Of a DNA stretch of 64,000 bases, positions 57,695-64,000 are shown in pieces. The stretch's first letter is position 1; each line of letters opens with the position of its first letter. The notes beneath the pieces were generated by a model that searched no databases, had not been told where the DNA came from, and saw only the letters and a program-made list of their open reading frames with translations. The stretch is from IMG/VR virus record IMGVR_UViG_3300021446_000040; one strand, 5' to 3'. The translations under genes and the position numbers were made by a program. Source of the stretch: an uncultured virus (IMG/VR IMGVR_UViG_3300021446_000040) (Duplodnaviria; Heunggongvirae; Uroviricota; Caudoviricetes).

Positions 57695-58237
57695 CTATTG
57701 CCCGATAGCCATTGACAAGTTAACAATTAGCACATAATCGGACGTTTTCTTGATCGAATTGGTAAGTGTGACGTAGTTATATACGTCGCCGTCGTCCGAA
57801 TACGCGACCATTTCGGACAGTTCCGGCACTGTATTATCCGCGTTCGGCTTTGGATTCAGTTCGTATTCGTCCGCAAATTCCCGCATATAGAACGTTTCGC
57901 CTTCGTTCGACGGGTCGGTAATTTCGATCCGACCGACAGGTTCCGAACAGCCGGTTTCGTCCGGCGTCGTGCCAGTGCCAAATTCTAATTCGTGATATTC
58001 CGGCAGGCCTTCGGTCCGGTTGTTAAAGTTCAACAGCGCGGCGATAGCTTCATGCAACGCGCTGGCCGTCGTATTGGATTCGGTCGTCTGTTCTTCGGCC
58101 CACAAGCGTTCGTAGTAATCGCGCTGTTCGCTTACGGTTACGCCCGGCACGTCCGGGGCGTAATTAGATTTAATTAGCCGTATCTGTACGTTTTCGTCTA
58201 CCGTCAGCTTCGGTTCGCTGGTTTCTATCTTTGCCAT
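57695..58237 (-). CDS. Tail tip protein
   Basis: FGTGTTP..LSE....IKKTSDY motif; position in the tail-tip cluster. Confidence 0.6.
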   Translation of the reverse strand: MAKIETSEPKLTVDENVQIRLIKSNYAPDVPGVTVSEQRDYYERLWAEEQTTESNTTASALHEAIAALLNFNNRTEGLPEYHELEFGTGTTPDETGCSEPVGRIEITDPSNEGETFYMREFADEYELNPKPNADNTVPELSEMVAYSDDGDVYNYVTLTNSIKKTSDYVLIVNLSMAIGQ

Positions 58238-58256
58238 GTTGGGTTATACGTATTTG

Positions 58257-59048
58257 TTATGCAAAAATCAGTCGGTCGTAGAAGCCGCCGCTTGTGTCTA
58301 AGCCGCCGTCGTCCGCGTTCGGCATGGGGTTGTCGTGACTGCCGGCACAGTAACCGACGTGTTCGACGTTACCAGTGTACGGGTAGACCCGCTGAAGCGA
58401 CGCTTCGGTTCCGCCGATCGCATGGTTGACTACGACCCTGTGCCACCCGGTCTGTAACGAAACGTTATTATCTATGTCTAAGTCTGTGCGGTTCCCGGTA
58501 TCACGCATGGCCAGGGCTAACCGGCTGTTAGTGACTTCCGCGAAGAACGTGCGGGTCGCTTGGTCGGTGTTAAACAGAAATTTGCGGTTCTGGTTTGCGT
58601 CCTGTTTCAAGAAGTACCAGGCGATCTTTGCGCCTTCGCCGGCTACGTTTTCGCCGTCGGTTATCAGCACGCCGTCGCCTTCTATACCATTGCCCCCGTT
58701 GAAGCCCCCGTTCTGGATCGAATAGCTGTTAGTCGTCGCGCGATAGCTTAGTGATCCGTTACCAAGCGAACCGCGTTCAAAGTCGTCCGTGCGTTCGGCG
58801 ACCGTATTGTAGCTGTTGTAGTCATAGCCGGCCTGTGCGCCGTATTTCGCTTCGCGGTTCGCTGAAGTGTCGCTTGTGGTCGTTGTGTTTTCCCCAAGCG
58901 TCAGCGTGTCAAAGTCGATGTTAGGATAGCGTTGACTACTTTCGACTTCTTTGCGCCCTTGTCGCAGTTCATCTAACTGTCGTTGATGATCACTAAGCGT
59001 CCTAAACAGTCGGCGGTAAAACCGGCGCTTTCGTCTATGATCTTTCAA
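58257..59048 (-). CDS. Tail protein with lectin-like beta domain
   Basis: DDFERGSL and TGWHRVVV motifs. Confidence 0.55.
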   Translation of the reverse strand: MKDHRRKRRFYRRLFRTLSDHQRQLDELRQGRKEVESSQRYPNIDFDTLTLGENTTTTSDTSANREAKYGAQAGYDYNSYNTVAERTDDFERGSLGNGSLSYRATTNSYSIQNGGFNGGNGIEGDGVLITDGENVAGEGAKIAWYFLKQDANQNRKFLFNTDQATRTFFAEVTNSRLALAMRDTGNRTDLDIDNNVSLQTGWHRVVVNHAIGGTEASLQRVYPYTGNVEHVGYCAGSHDNPMPNADDGGLDTSGGFYDRLIFA

Positions 59049-60595
59049 AATTGCACACCTTCGAACCCTAATTCAGTGTAAATCTTGAACCCGTTGTAGT
59101 CGCGTTTCTTTTCGGTTACAACGTAATCGCCGCTTACCATTATGTTTTCGTAGCCTTCTATTTTAACCTTGTCGCCTATATCCAGGTTAACGACCCGTTC
59201 GCTGTCTAAGTATTCGGGCTGAAACTGGCTTGGCGGGTAGCCGGACCTGGCCAGTTTCGCGTCGGCAGTATCGCGGACAGCCGCGCCGCTTTCTAAGCCT
59301 TCGTTAACGATCCGACCGTCTACCCGGCGGTACTTGTCGATGCTTTCGTTCAACGGCTTTTCTACACCGACGGGCTTCGGAAAGTAAGCAACATATGCCG
59401 GGTCTGTGGGGTTTCCGTTCGCGTCGGTTTGCACGCCTATGTCAAAGGCCGAATCGCCGCTTTCGGTATCTACGATCAACCAGATTTCCCGATCCGGTAT
59501 CTTGTGTTCGGCCAGGCGAAATGTCGTAAAGCCGTCGTCGTCGTAGGCGACCTTTCTTTCGCCGCTTCCGATAATGTCCGAATCGGTATCACCGGGTTCG
59601 ATCGGCCCACTGCCGTCCTGTTTGCCGATCTGGATTCGTGCGCGCACGCCGTTAGCATCCGGGTCGTCCGCCGGCGGTGAATCGGACCGCTTTTTGGTAT
59701 AGATTTCAAAGCTTGAAATTTCGCTTTTGCGGGTCGCTATCGGCGTTGTAAGCCGGTTCGTATCGCTTACGGTTACTGTATCGTCTACAGTCCGCTGTGC
59801 GTCTGTTTCATTATTTTCGTCGTCTATACCGCCTACGACGCGCACGTTGTTAACCAAGCCCCGGTCTGTGGTTTCTTCGACGGCTTCGCCGGCAAAGTCA
59901 GCCGGTCCGACGGGTTCTGATAGCCGGTAATCCAGGTCGCGGATTTGCTTGAAGCGAAGCGACCCGCCTTCGCCATACCAGATAATCGGCCCGTAAAACT
60001 GTGCCGCGCGGTCGGCAATTTGGCCGATCACTTTATTCGCTTGTACGCCCTTTACGAAAAAGTCGATTCGTTCGTCTAATTTGGGAAGCGCTTGCCGGCC
60101 GATTTCCGGCGCGTTATCACGTAAGACCTGATTAAGAATCGCGCCGGCGCTTCCGCTTATCGGCCTGTTGGTTTCGGTAAAGTCTACGTCGCGGTCCGAT
60201 AATATGCCGTTAGCAAAGCCAGTTAGACGCAGTTCGACTTCAGTCGGCCGCGCCTGTTCGCGGTTCCGTGTGACGTTTGTTATCATAAACGATGCTTCCT
60301 GTTCCCATCCGCTGAATGGCCCCGCGCCGAACGGTCCCGCGCCAAATTCAGCGCCGGGGTTGTTTTGCACCTGTAAAACCAGCTTGTCTTTCAGGTGTAG
60401 CGGTTTATCGCCGGACGTGTACTTGGCCGAACGGTTGTCTACCGTTAGGTTTCCGGTGTTTCGCGGTTCGCCGCTCTTTTCGGTCGTAGACATATCTAAA
60501 ACGTCGGACGTTTCGATGTAAAAATCAGTAACCGCGTCTGTCCGCGCTTTAGATACCGCTATCTCAAAGTCGTCCGCGTTAAAAAATTCGACCAT
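59045..60595 (-). CDS. Tail tip / baseplate hub-like protein
   Basis: GNLTVDN, LVNNVRVVGG, ESIDKY, LDIGDKVKI..GDYVV motifs; FGAGPFGAGPF repeat. Confidence 0.7.
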   Translation of the reverse strand: MVEFFNADDFEIAVSKARTDAVTDFYIETSDVLDMSTTEKSGEPRNTGNLTVDNRSAKYTSGDKPLHLKDKLVLQVQNNPGAEFGAGPFGAGPFSGWEQEASFMITNVTRNREQARPTEVELRLTGFANGILSDRDVDFTETNRPISGSAGAILNQVLRDNAPEIGRQALPKLDERIDFFVKGVQANKVIGQIADRAAQFYGPIIWYGEGGSLRFKQIRDLDYRLSEPVGPADFAGEAVEETTDRGLVNNVRVVGGIDDENNETDAQRTVDDTVTVSDTNRLTTPIATRKSEISSFEIYTKKRSDSPPADDPDANGVRARIQIGKQDGSGPIEPGDTDSDIIGSGERKVAYDDDGFTTFRLAEHKIPDREIWLIVDTESGDSAFDIGVQTDANGNPTDPAYVAYFPKPVGVEKPLNESIDKYRRVDGRIVNEGLESGAAVRDTADAKLARSGYPPSQFQPEYLDSERVVNLDIGDKVKIEGYENIMVSGDYVVTEKKRDYNGFKIYTELGFEGVQF

Positions 60596-60607
60596 ATGAC
60601 CCTTAGA

Positions 60608-63600
60608 TTATTCCTGGTTGAAATAGTCTAAGGTGTTCAACATGGTCACAAAGCCGGCGACCAATTCGGCGCGCGTTAGTTCGGACGGATCGCCCTGCGG
60701 GATTTCATCGGGAACGTCCGGCAGGTCCGGCGCGTCCTTGGGCGGTTCCGGNNNNNNNNNNNNNNNNNNNNNNNNNNNNNNNNNNNNNNNNNNNNNNNNN
60801 NNNNNNNNNNNNNNNNNNNNNNNNNNNNNNNNNNNNNNNNNNNNNNNNNNNGATTCGCCAGGCACGCTAATCCCATCGGGCCGGCGTAGTTCGCGGCTAC
60901 CCGTGTAGTCGTTCCCGTCGATCCACACGTTGATTTCAGGCGGGGCAATGATGTTTGTAACCGACCCTTCGATAATGAAGGCGTCGCCGCCATTCAGCGC
61001 TAAGACGCCGTGAATCGCCGCCTGGCTGTCCGGGTTGATAATTTCGTCGTTGTCGTCCGCCTTTCTATCTTCTTGTGCGGGCGCGTCGGTTTCGACCTTG
61101 TACGCTTCCCATCCGGCCGGGTCGCCGCGTTCATCTTCAGGAACCCACTGGTTCCCGAACAGGTAGACCCTGCTGGTTTGGACGTATTCTTCGCCGCCGA
61201 CTTCAATAGTCAGCGCCGGGTCGCTTTCGATGTTAACGATTTCACCCGTAACGAAGAAGTCGTCGTCCGAATCGCCGGGAACCTGGCCCTTGATCGTAGC
61301 GTTCCCGTCGTTAAAGACGATGTTATCCGAATTGCCCGACAGTCCGCCTAAGCGGGCGTTACCCGTGACTTCAATGGTGTAAGACAGTTGATCGGTTGTA
61401 CTGCCGTCGCCTTCGACGTAGATTCGGGTTTCATCTTCCGACGGCCCTTCGGGGTCGTCCGGCACTTCCGGCGGTTCGACCGGAACAGTCGGGTCGGTTT
61501 CGTCCGGCTGTTCTGGTTCGGGGCGATCGGGGGTTTCGGGTTCTTCGACCGGCGCGGTGCTTACGGGGTCGCGCGGTTCGGTCGAAGGTTCTTCGACTTG
61601 ATCCGGGGCGTATTCCACGCCGTCTACGTCGGTTTCAAAGTCCGCAACGCAGTCGCGGATTTCCAAGTCGTCGCGGCCAAGGTCAAAGGCATCGTCGCCG
61701 TCTACGTCGCCGCTGAAGTGACAGCCTTCCACAAGAACGCCCACGTCGCCCGACATTCCGCTTTCTTCTACGCGAAGGTGTGGAAGCTGGCCGGCGGTTT
61801 TCACCCGGCAGTTCCGCACTGTAGCGCGTCCGGCTTCGTCGTGAATGGCGATCGCCGCGTTACCTGGCGACCCGCCTTCGCGGTAGGTAACGTCACAATC
61901 TTCGACAAGACAGCCGTGCCGGTCGCGCACGCGAATCCCGCGACTGTTTTCGCCCGACTGATTACCTTCCGACGTTTTCACCCGTTCGTCTACAACGATC
62001 GTTGCTTCGCGGGCGACCGAATCCGTGCTACCGATCCGAAGGTTCGCTACGTTGCTGTTCGTAAACTTCCCGCCTTCGACTACAACCCTGCCGTCGTTGC
62101 CATAGTCGCGGCCTGGATCGGAGCCATAGACTGCGTTATTCGTGAAACGACCCATTTCACAGTCACGCAGGAAAACGGTGCCTTCGTGCGACGAACTAAC
62201 AAGAATACCGTTCGTGTCCGTCCCATCTTCTTCCGTGCCGCTGATTTTACACTGTGAAATCAGGCCCGTTTCGCCGCTGTTAACGTCGGTTGAAAAGCCT
62301 TTGGATTCAGGCGGGTACTGGCCGCGATTTCTAATATGCGAAACGACGAACGTTTCGCCTTCGGCTTGCAAGCGTCCGCCGTATCCGTCCTGGCTGAAGT
62401 CGAATACGAAATTACTAAACGCCCACGTATCGCCGTTGATAGTGATAAAGTATTCACCGGCGTTGTCCCGCGAACTGTTAGGTTCAAGAACGACTGTTTC
62501 GCCGGGTTCGCCGATAATGGCACAGTCGTTCATTTCAAGGCTAAGGTAGTCGGTCTGATATTCGCCGGCCGGAACGACTGTCACCGTATCGGTCGCGTTC
62601 GATGCTTCTTGTAGCAGGCCGGTAATGTCGTCGCCGTTATCTACGTCTAAGACGTTCTGGTTCGACAAGTCGGCCAGTGCTTCGTACTGTTCGTTCATAA
62701 TCGTTAATGGGTTAATTCCTGTGCTGTTGTCGCCGCCGCTACTTTCGTCGTCCGAATCGTCGTTTTCTACCGGAAGCGCGCCGTCCGTATCCGGTATCAG
62801 GTCGCTTGTGTAGCCGTTTTCCATAACGGATACGTCTAACGTATCGTCCGCCGACATTTTGAGCTGTCCGCGAATGTAATACGTATCCTGGCCGCCTTTG
62901 ACGTAGCCGGTCGCGGCCTGTTGCATGGCTTTGTCGCCTGTGTTCGCCATAGCGCCGCGTCTTACGTCGTCCGCTTCGATCCGGTAATGACCTTCATTAT
63001 CGTCGCCGCCGATTTTTACCCTGTGCCAAAGCGGTTCGGGCGCACTGTCGTCGCCGCTTCCCACGTGTGCGCGGCCGCCAGGTCCGAAGGCGTTATCACG
63101 GTTGATCCAGTGTACCTTGTCAAAGCCTTTTACGCCGTCCGTATCTTCCGTGCTGTACGGTTTGTCCTTGTCTTTGTATTCGTCTAATTCTAAGTCGCCG
63201 CCGCGATTTTCAGCCCACGTGTACCTATCTTCTAACCCCTGGTTAGTTTGCATGATCGCCGAACCGTTCCCGTCGTTCGACGTTTCGGGCGGTTCGGGCG
63301 GAACGTCGCCGGTGTAGTCGAAATGAACCGCGTAGACTTCATGGTAGTCGATCGGCGTTCCCCTGAAGTTAAACACTTCATTGACGCCGCCTTCAGCGTT
63401 GTTTTCGTTACCTTGTACGGTAATGTGGTGCCATACGGTTTTCTTCGAACCGGGTCGGTGTACGTCCAAGACGTGCGAAAACGGCGCGTTAGGGCCGCAC
63501 GTATGATACGCGATTTCCGTACAGTTGTCCCGACCGCCGTGTTCGACGTGATGCCGGCAGTTGTCGGTATAATTACCTATTACGACAGTCCGATCGGCCC

Positions 63601-64000
63601 ACGAACCGTCGTCTGTCATGCACGCGATACCGTACCCTAAGTGATCGAAGGCCGCGTTATACGACCTGTTATTGATAGCGCGGCATTTCTTGCCGCGAAA
63701 CATGATATTTCCATAGGTAAAGCCCGAAACGTCACATTCGTAGACGGTCGTCCGGGGGCTTTCGGACATAAGCCCAACTAAGATATGGCGTTCGCGGTAA
63801 TCGCCGGTTCCGTTCGTATAATCGTCGTCTACGATCGTACCGTCGGCGTGCGGCCCGCGAAGGTTGATACCGACACAAACCTGGCTGTCGTTGCTGATAA
63901 AGTTGATTTGCCAGGTTCCCCACCCCCAAGCGTCTTCAGTGTCTTGTACCAGGGTCGCGCCGTCTGAAATCAGGTTGCCCCTGATTTGGTATTCACGGTT
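60608..64000 (-). CDS. Large right-handed beta-helix protein (tailspike/depolymerase-like), 5'-partial, contains N gap
   Basis: Frame stays open upstream of ATG 63769 to the window end; TVVVPAGEY, parallel beta-helix repeats, YxIEVxG..GxxDxF Ig-like modules and PE-rich linkers. Confidence 0.65.
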   Translation of the reverse strand, partial: NREYQIRGNLISDGATLVQDTEDAWGWGTWQINFISNDSQVCVGINLRGPHADGTIVDDDYTNGTGDYRERHILVGLMSESPRTTVYECDVSGFTYGNIMFRGKKCRAINNRSYNAAFDHLGYGIACMTDDGSWADRTVVIGNYTDNCRHHVEHGGRDNCTEIAYHTCGPNAPFSHVLDVHRPGSKKTVWHHITVQGNENNAEGGVNEVFNFRGTPIDYHEVYAVHFDYTGDVPPEPPETSNDGNGSAIMQTNQGLEDRYTWAENRGGDLELDEYKDKDKPYSTEDTDGVKGFDKVHWINRDNAFGPGGRAHVGSGDDSAPEPLWHRVKIGGDDNEGHYRIEADDVRRGAMANTGDKAMQQAATGYVKGGQDTYYIRGQLKMSADDTLDVSVMENGYTSDLIPDTDGALPVENDDSDDESSGGDNSTGINPLTIMNEQYEALADLSNQNVLDVDNGDDITGLLQEASNATDTVTVVPAGEYQTDYLSLEMNDCAIIGEPGETVVLEPNSSRDNAGEYFITINGDTWAFSNFVFDFSQDGYGGRLQAEGETFVVSHIRNRGQYPPESKGFSTDVNSGETGLISQCKISGTEEDGTDTNGILVSSSHEGTVFLRDCEMGRFTNNAVYGSDPGRDYGNDGRVVVEGGKFTNSNVANLRIGSTDSVAREATIVVDERVKTSEGNQSGENSRGIRVRDRHGCLVEDCDVTYREGGSPGNAAIAIHDEAGRATVRNCRVKTAGQLPHLRVEESGMSGDVGVLVEGCHFSGDVDGDDAFDLGRDDLEIRDCVADFETDVDGVEYAPDQVEEPSTEPRDPVSTAPVEEPETPDRPEPEQPDETDPTVPVEPPEVPDDPEGPSEDETRIYVEGDGSTTDQLSYTIEVTGNARLGGLSGNSDNIVFNDGNATIKGQVPGDSDDDFFVTGEIVNIESDPALTIEVGGEEYVQTSRVYLFGNQWVPEDERGDPAGWEAYKVETDAPAQEDRKADDNDEIINPDSQAAIHGVLALNGGDAFIIEGSVTNIIAPPEINVWIDGNDYTGSRELRRPDGISVPGEXXXXXXXXXXXXXXXXXXXXXXXXXXXXXXXXXXPEPPKDAPDLPDVPDEIPQGDPSELTRAELVAGFVTMLNTLDYFNQE

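Noticed and set aside
1..64000. tRNA, integrase, transposase, reverse transcriptase/DGR, methyltransferase
   Set aside because: No recognisable motifs were seen; such genes could lie outside the window or in the gaps.
1..64000. DarT-type TNTC avoidance or codon reassignment as the cause of GAG loss
   Set aside because: TTTC, TGTC and TATC are frequent, some ORFs read through GAG codons, and CTC is lost equally on sense strands.

Overview
This window is most of the genome of a tailed, siphovirus-like haloarchaeal virus (Caudoviricetes). The proteins are acidic, TATA boxes precede leaderless starts, and the virus encodes its own TFIIB. The minus strand carries a full virion module: TerS, TerL, portal, MuF, prohead protease, scaffold, major capsid, neck, tail tube, a frameshifting tail chaperone, tape measure, tail-tip genes and a large beta-helix protein. 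It also carries a replication module: prim-pol/SF2 helicase fusion, TFB, Cas4-like nuclease, PolB, ERCC4 nuclease and SF2 helicase. Tail genes sit at both window ends, which fits a circularly permuted genome somewhat larger than the window. Three 100-N scaffold gaps interrupt PolB, the primase-helicase and the beta-helix gene. Unexplained signals: (1) near-total loss of the trinucleotide GAG/CTC on both strands, in a genome with several restriction-like nucleases; (2) four dispersed ~200-bp intergenic repeats with a 40-bp identical core and an inverted repeat plus G-string; (3) an ~850-bp block behind the portal gene that reads as tandem TATA-driven, hairpin-rich small RNAs; (4) a reusable promoter module driving small paralogous gene cassettes inserted antisense among the structural genes; (5) a trypsin-like protease fused to a PD-(D/E)XK-like domain. 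All calls come from reading motifs by eye; no searches were run and all counts are manual.
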